DNA of 64,000 nucleotides. Source: Eledone cirrhosa. Lineage: Eukaryota. Under the pieces are notes generated by a model. It saw only the letters and a list, made by a program, of their open reading frames with translations. It was not told the origin of the DNA and searched no databases. This document shows, piece by piece, positions 26,708 through 40,870 of the stretch; position 1 is the first letter of the stretch; each line of letters begins with the position of its first letter. The DNA lies in contig OZ024742.1 in the NCBI GenBank assembly GCA_964016885.1, positions 273,730,001 to 273,794,000 of the forward strand. Direction: 5' to 3'. A program made the translations under genes and the position numbers.

Positions 26708-29700
26708 TATTATAATATTATAAAATTAAATCACATTATTTAGCACTACAAGTGAAGTCATTATTTTCCTTTTTTTCAAATATACCTAACTGTACCAAGG
26801 ATCTCACACATTTTCCAATATTCTACCATCAAAATATGTTACTGAATCCTTCAAATCGGAGACAATATTACAGGAAATCTCAGAAAAGTCTCCGACTCTC
26901 TTACTAATGCCGTATATGAAATGGAACAACAAACACGCATATATAGGGAGAAACTCGATTCCCTAATTGTAGACCGCCAGAAACAAGAACAAATCTCACC
27001 CTCGGAAATAGTCACACACGGCCAGAACTCCATCGTTCAAAATGCGGTCAAAGAATGGAATTAACTGAATCTGAAAAAAGAAGCTTTCAAAAAAAGAAAC
27101 CAAATGAAGAATATTTGGAACCAAATACTAAGCCAAAGAAAACAGGCATACTGGAAAGCCTTGAGGAGTGAAAATCTAGCGGACACATATGAGATATGGT
27201 GAAGTAAATAACAAGTTATCCTCCCAAGAAAAGTCCGTATTAAAGAAATAACATCAGAACCAAATGAAGAAACCAAAATAAGACAAAATCTAGCACTCCA
27301 GAAACTTGAGACAGAAATCACTCTACTCCGTCTAAGAGAGCTAAAATTTAAAGAAAAATTCGAAAAATGTGACACCACCATTAAAGACGAAATAAACAAA
27401 AGAAGCATCGACAATGTATGATAAAACTCTTTGACCTTTGGAAGAATGATACAGCGAGAGAGGAATTAAAATCAAAGAAAATCTTGGAGTCAAGAACACA
27501 ATGGTTAAAAGAATATAAAAAATTTATCGGAAATTCCAAATAAAATCCAAAAAAACAAACCCTCAAATTCAGGAATATGCAAAAACAAGAAATGAAGAAT
27601 TCCACGCAATAAACAAACATTAACCAGAGATCGGAGAATACCAAACACAAATATACGCAGACCAAATACTGAACACCAGAACCAGACACAACTACTATCA
27701 AAGCCCCAAGAACAATTACCAGCGGCAAAAATCAAAGACATATGATGACCGAACGGAACAACAGTAGAACTAGACCCCCACATATCAACCACCAAACAAA
27801 ATACTACCGTTCAGAAAATTATCAACAGGAAATGCCAGCGAACAGAATATTTCACCACAACAGACACACCGCTACCTCAAATGGGAATTATTTTTTAGAA
27901 CAAGATGCCTCCCACCAAATGAAAGGAAAAAAGAAAAAATACACCACCCTTCACGTGGCACTCGACGAGAACACTCCAAACGAACCAAAAATAATAAACA
28001 TATCGGCCAAAAAAGTAACACAACAGAAAAGAAAATTGCTAGATAATGGACTAAAATTCAAAAAGCAGATCAAGCCGACCTCATAAAAGACATAAGATTT
28101 TTGTCAAAAATTACGTCTAGGAGAATTCTTCCAGGGTGTAGAATACGAGGAGGAATCACTAGTAAGAAACAAAAAAGGACTTCAAACCACCGTTAAATAG
28201 AGACAAACACCTGGAGGATTACATAACCTGCCTCCGACGATCGGCACTGTCAAATATTGCAGACCAACTGCTAGCACTAAACAAACTACAAAGAGATTCC
28301 TCAATAATCATAAAAGAAGCAGACAAAGGTGGAGCAAACATCATCATGGACATAAACCACTACAACGATATGATCCTAGAACAGTTGAATAACAAGGAAT
28401 TTTACAGAAAAATCAGCAAAAGTGAAGAAAGGAAATCGATGATTAAATAGGAAAACTAACGACCAAGTACCAAAACAACCTCACACTAAAGGAAACCAAT
28501 TACTTAACCAACTTCGAAATGAAAACCAGCAATTTATATGGTTTAACGAAGGTTCACAAATCCAGAGATATCCGAAACAACATAAAAGGCAAAAATACAT
28601 CATATGTTGAAGTATCAAAACTGACAGATTTAAAATTACGTCCAATTGTTGCTGGTCTAGCCTCAAGGACACAACGTCTAATCAACGTATCATATTGAAA
28701 CCCTTATGCAAAAAAGTGCCAAGCTTCATCAGAGATGATATGGAATTCCTGAAATATATTCCCCAGAAAGTACACCAACAAACAATCTTAGTCAGCTTTG
28801 ACGTAACAAGCTTATATACTAACACCCCACACGACTTAGGAGTTGAAGCTGTCGTCTTCTGGATTACAAAACACCCAGACTACATTTCAGAGCGATTCCC
28901 CAAAACATTTATTTTGGAAGGCCTCAAATTAGTACTGGAGAACAACCACTTCTCTTTTGATAACGAACTGTATTTACAAATAAAAGGAACTACCATGGGC
29001 ACCAAAGTGGCCACTACATATGCAACACTCGTTATGGGTCACCTAGAGGCAAAATTACATTCCAAACTGCAGGAAACATTCAGTCATGACTTCGCCACCT
29101 ACATTAATCACAACTGCAAACGCTATCTAGACGACTGCTTCATCTACTGGAATAGAGGCCAAGAAGACGCGCAAAGATTACATTCCATCATAAACAATCT
29201 TCACGAAGAAATAAAATTTACGATCAAATGTAATAAAAAGGAACTACTGTTTCTGGATATCCTTATCATTAAAGAAGGGGAAAATATCAAAACGGACTTA
29301 TTTTACAAACCAACAGACACACACCAATACTTGAATTTCCGATCAGCGCACACCTCACATACCTAAAGGAACATTCCTTTTAACATGACAAGACGCATCT
29401 GCACCATAGTAACACACTCCACACTACAGGAAAAAAGGTTATATGAATTAAATGAGTTCCCTAAAAGACAAGAATATCCGGTGAACCTCATCAACACAGC
29501 CATCTCCAAAGCCCAGAACATCCCAGTGACATCAAAATAGAATGGAAAAAACAGTTATCTTTTTTGTCATCACTCACAATCCAAGAAACTTCAACATTGT
29601 GAAAGCCGCTAAACAATATCTCCCGATCCGCCAGCAGTCCCCTAATATGATTGCACTCATAAAAGACGCAGAAATTATATATAGTAGACGCCAAGCACCC

Positions 29701-30457
29701 AACCTAATGAAACTGCTTACCAAGGCAAAATTTACGTCTAATAATGAAGCAATGCAAGTTAAGAAATTCGGAGACCCTCGATGCGGAACTTGCGAACACA
29801 TTGAAGAGGGTAGAAAAATCTCATTTTAAAACAACAGTCTTTCACAGTTAATGCAAACATGAGTTGCAAAACCAAAATCTTGATTTACTGTGCAACGTGT
29901 CTACATGACAGAGTTCGAGTGCATAAACAACAAATTAGAGACCCCTCTGTAAGAAACACCATATGCAGTTAACACTTGGCAACATGCGGAGAGGGAAAAT
30001 TAACAATTTTCCCCTTCTTCAAGATATGGTCGGACAACAAACATTTCCGAAAATATAAGGAAGAATTCTTTATTAGAAATTACAAACCACTACTGAAGAC
30101 AAAAAGTGATATTCCATCCCAAGCAACGGGATTCTCCCCTCTCTCTCTTTTCTTTAAAAAAATCTCATATTGAAAAATAAAAATAGAAGTTGATGACACC
30201 CGCACTTTCAAACATTCAATCGTTGTAGAGAAGAAAATCCCTCAGGGTACAATAACATTTCATTAAATTCCCCATCTCCACACCAATGTATATGTTAACT
30301 TAAATACTTGAGTAGATGTGTGTATAGATGTGTTTGTATATATGTCTGTAGGTGTACAGATATGTGCGTACATGTCTATATGTATGTGTGCATATGTGTG
30401 TGTATATGAATATAGATGTATGTATGTACGTGCGTGTGTGATATATATATATATATA

Positions 30458-30488
<31 letters not shown>

Positions 30489-31490
30489 GTGCCTCTGTGT
30501 ATGTGTGTGTATGTTTATGTGTATACGTATGTAGGTACAGATATGTGTGGGTGTATGTATGTGTATGTATATATGTATATATAGGTATATATATATATAT
30601 GTATGTGTATATATATATGCGTATGCATGTGTGTGTATATATGCATGAGGGTATGTGTGTGTATATATATATATATATACATGTGTGTGTGTGTAGATAT
30701 ATGTGTGTATATGAGTATGTATGTAATATATATGGACTCTAAATATATTTATATATAGGGAAGAGAATATGTGAGCTAGCATGCCGCCCTCCCCCCCTTC
30801 ACACTTTCTCTCCCAAACCAATATTAACAACATACATTTCTGACAAATGTTCCAAAACTATCCTTCTTTTTTTCTTTTTACTGTCATCCTATTCTTATCA
30901 AAAGACATGTATCTTACACCTCTTTAAAACCCACCACCACCAGGCACGCACCTAACTTCTTCTTTGATATAGAAATTTGTAGAAGATATTCTTTATAAAT
31001 TTAAGAGAGTTGATTCAGCTATAAGAAACATCCTGGCATTATATTCATCAAAGGTCATCTATTGAGATAAAACCAGCAGGAGAGGATTTTTTACACCAAC
31101 TTTCTTAAATACACTTCTCTTGATGTCAACCATCACCATTTTCTGTGTGTATATATGTATGTGTGTGTGTGTGTGTGCGTGAGTGTGTACGCTTTAATTT
31201 CTTTAAATCTTCATCAACACTCATTAACATCACACCCCACATCCCAGACACATCCAAATATCTCTTATATATAGTCATACATCCCAACACAACCTGATCT
31301 CAGTTTGACAATCGCTACCGACGAATGCGAGAAAGTACTCAAAGAAAATTAAGCAGGAATATTTTAAAATATTTTAAAGTTAACAAATAACTTACTAGAT
31401 CTACCAACTCATAATATTATAATATTAAAAAATTAAATCAAATTATTTAGCACTACAAGTGAAGTCATTCCTTTCCTTTTTTTCAAATAT
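26708..31490 (+). mobile_element. Near full-length Penelope-like element (Neptune-like) with direct terminal repeats; ORF disrupted
   Basis: 26711-26785 is repeated at about 31415-31490. Motifs IIKEADKGG, LVSFDVTSLYTN, GTTMGTKVA, RYLDDCFI, FLDILI, RCGTCEHI and LIYCATC. Confidence 0.9.
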
Positions 31491-31496
31491 ATATAT

Positions 31497-31935
31497 GCAC
31501 CAGCAGAGGTACCCGGCGTTGCTCGGGTATTAAATAGCAGTTGTGTATACCATTTATGTCAATACTTCAATGCTGCTTCGAAAACTATACTTTTACAAAA
31601 TCATCGACTTTTTCCAAAGGAGGTTCCTGCCCCCAGGGTCCCCTACTCAATATGTGCCAATTCTGAGAGTTCACATTCATCTGTAGGACAAATGTTGCCC
31701 ATATGTCAAGTTTTGTGAAAATCGGTTGCGACCTCCAGAAGTTATGACGTTTTGTTGCATTGCACTGCAGTGCTTCAGTCGACTCCAAGGAAGTGGTTAA
31801 AGGGGTTATCTGCCGGGAGGCCTTATAATCAATATCTGGGAAAATGAAGGTGTCCATGATCATCCGGAGTACATTAGTAACCTATGTCTCAAGTTGGTGA
31901 AAATACTGTAGAAATGCATAAGGTTTATACATACG
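31497..31935 (-). mobile_element. Probable non-autonomous Helitron
   Basis: Subterminal hairpin acccggcgttgctcgggt about 10 nt from a CTRR-like end, inserted in TA. Confidence 0.55.
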
Positions 31936-31999
31936 CGCGCGCGCGTGTGTGGGATTGGGGGGGGGGTATGTATTGGTGTGTGCGTATGTATGTGTATGT

Positions 32000-32526
32000 C
32001 AGACGGGGCATACGTGTGTACTGGTCTAAACCTTCACTATTTACTTTTACTATTTTAATAACCTCTGTCATTTTCGTTTTCAATTTTATTTACATCATTC
32101 TTAAACTCCGGGACTGGAAATCATTCTGTTATTTTAAATAGAAAATTAGTCTAACGACTCCATTTATACCATAAACTTGGTCTTGACTTTGCGTGAAATT
32201 GTTCTCCTCGATCCACATAACGACGTATTATCCTCGCTTTTTTCCGTTCATTGCCAGGGAACGTCTTCACGAACTAAAATATCGTCTTCCTGTTTTCCTT
32301 CGGTTGCGTTCACAGATTACTCTCAGTTCAATTTGAATGGGAAATTCCTGTTTCATCGATTTTCTCCGTAACCATGGAAGTTTGTAGCTTGAAAGTCGAC
32401 CCAACTCCTCCTCGGGTCATTCTGCATAACTGTGTAAATTTTCGCTGCATTCCACCAAGCCCTTTCGACGTTCATCCGACTACACCTACACATACAGCGT
32501 CCGACCACTTCAAATTTATATAGTAG
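32000..32526. repeat. Interspersed repeat, possibly Helitron-related; inverted homolog at about 47740-48075
   Basis: Shared segment acataacgacgtattatcctcgcttttttccgttcattgccagg; end atttatatagtagat. Confidence 0.5.
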
Positions 32527-32559
32527 ATATATACATAAATATATATATACATACATACT

Positions 32560-32616
<57 letters not shown>

Positions 32617-32792
32617 TATATTAAATAAATGGAAACTATATTTATAAAACCATATTTATTTCATTATATATATTTCAGGGATATCATATTAACAATATGT
32701 TATGCCTTCTTCAGAAAAAATACAATATAGAGTGCTTTTATATCAGTTATAAATATTTACTAGTTGTAACCCAACAATTTAAATATAACTTT

Positions 32793-32795
<3 letters not shown>
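32617..32795. mobile_element. Family A element: inverted HHR arm (minus) fused directly to a plus-strand tail
   Basis: 32617-32729 matches 7290-7400 and 32729-32795 matches 7657-7724. Confidence 0.75.
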
Positions 32796-32853
<58 letters not shown>

Positions 32854-32858
<5 letters not shown>

Positions 32859-35800
32859 ATAGCTAACAAGCTTGAAACTAGTACATCGTTCCTGTGTCAG
32901 TGTTGAACAAAAAGGTGACGTGGTTGCCTTAACACCGTATGGCATAAATTCAGGCTGTTCAGTTTGTTTACAAACGAACAAAGCGACGTTAGCGCCGCTA
33001 AACTGATACGTGCATATATGTATGTGTACCTGTATGCATATGTATATATATATGTATATATATATATATATGTGCATGCTACTGTACGTCTGTATACATA
33101 TATGTATGTACGTATACATGCATACTTACATTTAAGTAAGTGCCATACTAAGAGTGAGAAATGAAATTTCGTTTTCATTTTGTTTCAATTTATCGTTTTC
33201 GGTATGCCTGACCGATTTAACTCACTCAATATGCAAATTAGGCTGCTCAGCCGTTAATTTTCATAGGGAAAGTATATACTTTCGAACGTTCAACTATCTG
33301 GCAGATGGGTAAACGGTGCTGATGATAGCTAACAAGCTAGAAACTAGTACATCGTTCCTGTGTCAGTGTTGAACAAAAAGGTGACGTGGTTGCCTTAACA
33401 CCGTATGGCATAAATTCAGGCTGTTCAGTTTGTTTACAAACGAACAAAGCGACGTTAGCGCCGCTAAACTGATACGTGCATATATGTATGTGTACCTGTA
33501 TGCATATGTATATATATATGTATATATATATATATATATGTGCATGCTACTGTACGTCTGTATACATATATGTATGTACGTATACATGCATACTTACATT
33601 TAAGTAAGTGCCATACTAAGAGTGAGAAATGAAATTTCGTTTTCATTTTGTTTCAATTTATCGTTTTCGGTATGCCTGACCGATTTAACTCACTCAATAT
33701 GCAAATTAGGCTGCTCAGCCGTTAATTTTCATAAGGAAAGTATATACTTTCGAACGTTCAACTATCTGGCAGATGGGTAAACGGTGCTGATGATAGCTAA
33801 CAAGCTTGAAACTAGTACATCGTTCCTGTGTCAGTGTTGAACAAAAAGGTGACGTGGTTGCCTTAACACCGTATGGCATAAATTCAGGCTGTTCAGTTTG
33901 TTTACAAACGAACAAAGCGACGTTAGCGCCGCTAAACTGATACGTGCATATATGTATGTGTACCTGTATGCATATGTATATATATATGTATATATATATA
34001 TATATATGTGCATGCTACTGTACGTCTGTATACATATATGTATGTACGTATACATGCATACTTACATTTAAGTAAGTGCCATACTAAGAGTGAGAAATGA
34101 AATTTCGTTTTCATTTTGTTTCAATTTATCGTTTTCGGTATACCTGACCGATTTAACTCACTCAATATGCAAATTAGGCTGCTCAGCCGTTAATTTTCAT
34201 AAGGAAAGTATATACTTTCGAACGTTCAACTATCTGGCAGATGGGTAAACGGTGCTGATGATAGCTAACAAGCTTGAAACTAGTACATCGTTCCTGTGTC
34301 AGTGTTGAACAAAAAGGTGACGTGGTTGCCTTAACACCGTATGGCATAAATTCAGGCTGTTCAGTTTGTTTACAAACGAACAAAGCGACGTTAGCGCCGC
34401 TAAACTGATACGTGCATATATGTATGTGTACCTGTATGCATATGTATATATATATGTATATATATATATATATGTGCATGCTATTGTACGTCTGTATACA
34501 TATATGTATGTACGTATACATGCATACTTACATTTAAGTAAGTGCCATACTAAGAGTGAGAAATAAAATTTCGTTTTCATTTTGTTTCAATTTATCGTTT
34601 TCGGTATGCCTGACCGATTTAACTCACTCAATATGCAAATTAGGCTGCTCAGCCGTTAATTTTCATAAGGAAAGTATATACTTTCGAACGTTCAACTATC
34701 TGGCAGATGGGTAAACGGTGCTTATGATAGCTAACAAGCTTGAAACTAGTACATCGTTCCTGTGTCAGTGTTGAACAAAAAGGTGACGTGGTTGCCTTAA
34801 CACCGTATGGCATAAATTCAGGCTGTTCAGTTTGTTTACAAACGAACAAAGCGACGTTAGCGCCGCTAAACTGATACGTGCATATATGTATGTGTACCTG
34901 TATGCATATGTTTATATATATGTATATATATATATATATGTGCATGCCACTGTACGTCTGTATACATATATGTATGTACGTATACATGCATACTTACATT
35001 TAAGTAAGTGCCATACTAAGAGTGAGAAATGAAATTTCGTTTTCATTTTGTTTCAATTTATCGTTTTCGGTATGCCTGACCGATTTAACTCACTCAATAT
35101 GAAAATTAGGCTGCTCAGCCGTTAATTTTCATAAGGAAAGTATATACTTTCGAACGTTCAACTATCTGGCAGATGGGTAAACGGTGCTGATGATAGCTAA
35201 CAAGCTTGAAACTAGTACATCGTTCCTGTGTCAGTGTTGAACAAAAAGGTGACGTGGTTGCCTTAACACCGTATGGCATAAATTCAGGCTGTTCAGTTTG
35301 TTTACAAACGAACAAAGCGACGTTAGCGCCGCTAAACTGATACGTGCATATATGTATGTGTACCTGTATGCATATGTATATGTATATGTATATATATATA
35401 TATATGTGCATGCTACTGTACGTCTGTATACATATATGTATGTACGTATACATGCATACTTACATTTAAGTAAGTGCCATACTAAGAGTGAGAAATGAAA
35501 TTTCGTTTTCATTTTGTTTCAATTTATCGTTTTCGGTATGCCTGACCGATTTAACTCACTCAATATGCAAATTAGGCTGCTCAGCCGTTAATTTTCATAA
35601 GGAAAGTATATACTTTCGAACGTTCAACTATCTGGCAGATGGGTAAACGGTGCTGATGATAGCTAACAAGCTTGAAACTAGTACATCGTTCCTGTGTCAG
35701 TGTTGAACAAAAAGGTGACGTGGTTGCCTTAACACCGTATGGCATAAATTCAGGCTGTTCAGTTTGTTTACAAACGAACAAAGCGACGTTAGCGCCGCTA

Positions 35801-35985
35801 AACTGATACGTGCATATATGTATGTGTACCTGTATGCATATGTATATATATATGTATATATATATATATATGTGCATGCTACTGTACGTCTGTATACATA
35901 TATGTATGTACGTATACATGCATACTTACATTTAAGTAAGTGCCATACTAAGAGTGACAAATGAAATTTCGTTTTCATTTTGTTT

Positions 35986-35988
<3 letters not shown>
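32854..35988 (+). repeat. Tandem array of about 6.7 units of 466-468 bp, one hammerhead per unit (retrozyme-like satellite)
   Basis: Unit periods are 466, 468, 468, 466, 466 and 466. Units are nearly identical, non-coding and flanked by (TA)n. Confidence 0.96.
33314..33354 (+). ncRNA. Minimal type I hammerhead ribozyme; further copies start at 33782, 34250, 34716 (G5U), 35182, 35648, with a partial copy at 32854
   Basis: cggtg-CTGATGA-tagct aaca agcta-GAAA-ctag-TA-catcg. Stem III actagt is palindromic and the cleavage triplet is GUA. Confidence 0.92.
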
Positions 35989-36036
<48 letters not shown>

Positions 36037-36517
36037 TATAGAGATACATATATATATACATACAGTAATATATATATATAGTGTGTGTGTATGTGAATGT
36101 GAGAGTTGGGGGAAGAACGTGGTTCCATGTTCAGGAAAAGGTGTGTGTGTGGGTTGGGGTGTAGGTCAGTGTGTGTGTGCGCGTGTGGATGGGGAGGGGT
36201 CAGAGGGGTGTGGGAAGGGTTATAAGATTCCGGAGGCTGATTGTGTATATATGTGGCGGTACGCACGTGTGTGTGGTGTTTATACGTATTATGGATGTAG
36301 GTGGCGTGGTTCGAAATAAAATGTCTGTGAGTATGTCCGTGGGTAAGTTACTAAGGTAGTTCCGTTGAGGGTGTGGTGCGAAGCCGGATATTTTCCATGT
36401 GATGGAGTGATAGTGGGAACGATGGCCAATGTTGTGTAATCCGTTGTTGTGTTGGTCGGAAGAGGGGAGATCTGGGGTGCGCGCGTGTCAGTGTGTATTT
36501 ATATATATATATATATG

Positions 36518-36600
<83 letters not shown>

Positions 36601-36767
36601 AATTAGTATACCTACCAACATATATATATACGGATGCATACCTATGTTAGCAAATATATAGGTTTCCTCTTAGTAACTTTGTGGTTCAATGCGAGGGGAG
36701 GCAGAACAATTATGTGAAAGACGTAAAATAAGAAAATTATAAAAATTAACTTACTTACTAAAATTTC

Positions 36768-36845
36768 ACTACAACTAATTAGTTTCTGAAAGGGAATAAA
36801 CATGGTTTCCGAATGGAACATGGAGAATACCTTTCGTCATCTGGA
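36768..36845 (-). ncRNA. Degenerate hammerhead motif in an element related to 9445-9915
   Basis: aTGACGA-aagg..catgttcc/ggaaaccatg..cctt-GAAA-ctaattag-TT with the palindrome actaattagt. Stem I is poor. Confidence 0.5.
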
Positions 36846-37669
36846 AGTCAATTCTCAGCTAAGTTCCTGGGCGATGCGTGGACACAGGGAACTTATACAA
36901 AAATAATTCAGTGGATGGAAAAAAGCAAGCGAGGACTAAATTCTAGGACATTGAAAAAATCACTGCCTACTTGGTCGGTGGCAAATTCAAAAGAATCAAT
37001 CACGTGACATCGAGGTTAATCAGTGAGGAGTGGGGTGTTAATAAGACAGTAGCCGGACTATTACTATGAACTATAGTAGTAGTTTTGGCAAATTTTTGCT
37101 CAACAAAATAATTTGGAGATAATTATTTTTGTATAAGTTCCTCTGTTAACTGTTGTTGTTGTTGGTGTAACTGTACCATGTGGGCCAGTAAATCTTCCAT
37201 ATTAAGGAGATTTTTCTTCTTTTTTTTTGTTTTAACAACAAAATTCGTCCAACGAATAAGCCGTCGTCACTCATATGATGGTTTGACACACCGTTTTTTG
37301 TACATGGGTACAACACGAGTATGAAACTCAAGGTATTCACTAGGCGTAATACCGAACTATCAACTAGAGACTACAACAAGACTTCGTACACACAGTCTAC
37401 TGACAGTTCACTTCAGTTGTTATTTATAAATATTTCGTCTACTCCACTTTTAGATACGTGGGGTATTTAGTATTTTCCCCCACAAAAATCTCAGTTCAAG
37501 AAGTAGTCAATTAACTTGATTTTTCTCTTGAGAAGCCAGTATGCCCGCAGCTGATGCACATATTTGGTGCACGAATGCTGCAAACCAGTCGGCGAAACTG
37601 AAGTGCGGATTTTGAAGAAATATAGGTACAATTTTTGTTTATTCATCTTTGTATATTCCTTTTTGTATA

Positions 37670-40600
37670 TTCGTTTTTCTGCTAGCATATGTAGTGTGCA
37701 TATTGATATACGCAAATATATATGCATATAGATAAGATACGTAAATTGAAAAGTAAATTGACAATATGAACATAAATTGAACAAATACTGTGTTACACTA
37801 ATTCTGTAATCAGTAAAGTTATCCATGATACATTTTTAAAAAAATGCGATAATTAAGATGGAAAAGCGATGAAACAGTTGACTGACAATGTTCTTGAATC
37901 TTCAATTGAGAATGTCGACGGGAAGCTTCAAGCAGTGTATTTGAAAATAGATGCTGCTGGGGTGAATGAATGAATTACATTTACCTATATGAAGAGTTGA
38001 CATTTGCTGTATTGCAGCTGAGAACCAAGCGTAATGGATGAAGCCTCTTCCATAGCTTTGTCTTTTTCTTCATCTTCATCCAACAGACCAAGTTTCCCGG
38101 ATGCTTCTTGGAATGTTGGAAATTCAACTCTTTCAAATGTCCTCAAATCTTTGTATGAAGGTGACCCAGCCTTGTGATGTACGATCACCCTGAGATAATA
38201 TAATTCAAATTGATATCTATTAAGAATTACTGTTGGAATGCGTCCAAGAGATTCACTCATAAATTGTTGATCACCATCCAGATTTCCCTTTAGTATTCTT
38301 TGCCACTTTTTGTTTGTCCAAGTGAAATATTTAGGAATATCATTATACAATATGTTTTGTGGCACTGGCTCTCTAATATTCAGTTGAAAATATTCAGTCC
38401 ACTTAGTCATTGGCTGTCTCCTAGAAGTGGTTTCCGATGATGTAACGAAAATTTATAGATTCTCCAGAATGCATCGACTGTACCGTGCATTTACATAGGT
38501 CCCAATCTCATTTTGGACATGGCCACTAATTCCTTGACCATGCTTAATAATGAAAGGGATGTTGTGTGATCCTTTTGTGATGTAATTATATAAGTACTTA
38601 ACAGCTTTGACACTGTGGACAACCTCACAATTGATGTGGCACTGATATCTCAATGAGAGGAAAGGGTTGTATGAAACAATCCAACGATTATCAACAGTAA
38701 ATTCTTGACCTTTATTTTGGATTGTATGGGTGTGCCCACCATGCTGCCTATCCCTTCTATACTCCGAAAAGGAATTTTTGGCAACATATTTGGTTTGTCT
38801 GAATGCCTTAGGATAACGTGTTGAGCAATGGCGTTATTGTCCTAGCCCTTCCATACATGAGCATATCATATTAGCTTGTCCAAATGGGCCATGAACGTTG
38901 CAGGATGTGACCTGCTTATGCAGAATTGGATTGGCCTCTTTATCAGGAATCTCACCGTACACTTCCTGACAATGGCATCAGTTGTTTTGGGCTTGCTATC
39001 TTCAGCCATTAACAGCAGAATATGAGGATGGATGAAGCTTCGTTTCTGCCATTCTTTTGTAGCAGAATGAGCTACAACTCTTCCTAGGACATTTTTTTCA
39101 GTATATCATCCATTAGGCTGTCATTACTGATCTTGAAGACTCTTGCAAACATATCAGGACGGTCTCTAGGTCCATCATCAGGGTGCAAACTTTTTTTTTT
39201 TCATCCCTGTTACGGTTAGTTGTTACTGTGATGAAATAATATGGCTTTCCCATGTCGTTCGGGAAGCACGTAAAGTAGAAGCGAGGGGAACCCTAGATTG
39301 AAGGAGGAAGGACAATTCTCCGGCCTGCATTTACTGAAACTTCTTCAGCCACAGAATCATACAAACCCTCATAATTTTGAGCTCGGATCATGGTTTGAAT
39401 TTTGTGAGCCCATGTGAGGCGAGAATGTTCTATTTTAGCCTGGACATCTACAGCATATTGCCTAACCTGAAACGTTAACACTAGAAATCAGTGGGAGTGA
39501 GTGCGTGCTTTTTGTCAATCCTTTTCAAGCCAACCTGCAACCCATCATTCGCCCAAGGAAACAGGAAAACATAATTCAGAGGACCATAAGGAAGGTGGAA
39601 CTGTTGAATCCTCTGAAGACCACCATTTATTTTATGAATGATGACATCCAAGAGACCCAATGATGTATCGGGTTGAATAACAGCAATCTCAGATGCCATG
39701 GGAAAATTATATGTGCGACAATGAAAATCAGTGCTTTTTACTTTGTCAGCATGTAAGACAATATTCTCATTTTCAGAGACTGGCATTTCAAAGACTGCCT
39801 TGAAATTTCTTATATAGGTGTTGCAGTAGTGGAATGATGCAAGCAATTCTGAATGTTATGATCTCTATCATAGAAGTAAAGTTACGCAAACTTGGGTGAA
39901 GCATCACTTAGAAGATATGATCCAATAATATGACAAACCTTACCTTGGATCTTAAATGTGGAACTAAGTGCTGGTGCTCTAATCTCTTTGCAACCAATTG
40001 AAGCTAAAGCAAGGACATTGTTATATGCACGTAACTTATGGAGAAAATAATTTCCTGCTTGAGTGATATCGAAATATATCAGTATATTTGGTGGAGGAGG
40101 AGAAGGTTGAGGGAGTTTCACTTTTCCCTGGAAGCAGCACAAAGTTATGGGTTCATGTGGCCAGCGATAAGCAGTGTGGACAAACAGGAAAATGACTTCC
40201 TGCATTATGTTGTGACATTATGGAAAGAACTGTTTGCTCCTGGAAGTCTTCATGTGTAGGATTTTTAGCCAGACCTTCTATGGATCTGTTCCATTCTCTC
40301 TGAACGTTTAGTGTATCTGTACAAGTTGTTGTTGCTGTGTTAGCAGACATATACGTGTTGATATCTGTTGGGCTGTTGTAGAGCTATTATTGTTTGGTTG
40401 ATTTGCCCTCGTCTCTCTTTGTTGTTTTGCGGCTGCTGCCTTGCGGTGGGATTTAGATGAGAAATGATTTCTGCGGCCTATGTTCACTTTCTGTCATGTA
40501 TGTATAAATATATGAAATCTTAGAAATAAATATATGTTAAAACAGAAAAAAAAAAAATAATAAAGCTGAGACGGAGAAAAGTAATCTTTGAAATAAATGT

Positions 40601-40870
40601 ATGTATGAAATGCCTGAGAAACGGGAAATATAAACGTTATGAAAGAACGACGGAAATACATGAACGTTTATATATACTAGCAGAAAAAGCACCCTAGGTT
40701 GGTTTTCTGCTAGCATGTGTAGTGTGTATATTGATATTATACATGTAGATATGATACATCAAATAAAATCGTAATTGACAATATACACAGAAATTGAACG
40801 ATGTCTATGTTACACTGTCTTCTGTAATCAGTAAAGTAATCCATGATACATTTAAAATAAGACGATATTA
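37670..40870 (-). mobile_element. Helitron Rep remnant (no helicase seen), bounded by about 190-bp direct repeats
   Basis: CCFQGKVKLP, AYNNVLALASIG, YFITVTTN, KEWQKR..HPHILL, DNRWIVSYNP, HINCEVVHSVKAVKYLYNYITKG. 37672-37860 resembles 40700-40865. Confidence 0.85.

Noticed and set aside
32697-35978. Repeated 60-119-aa ORFs in the tandem array; possible CRISPR-like or peptide array
   Set aside because: The ORFs start in or run through the microsatellite part and shift frame with TA length. Units are identical throughout, with no unique spacers and no cas genes.
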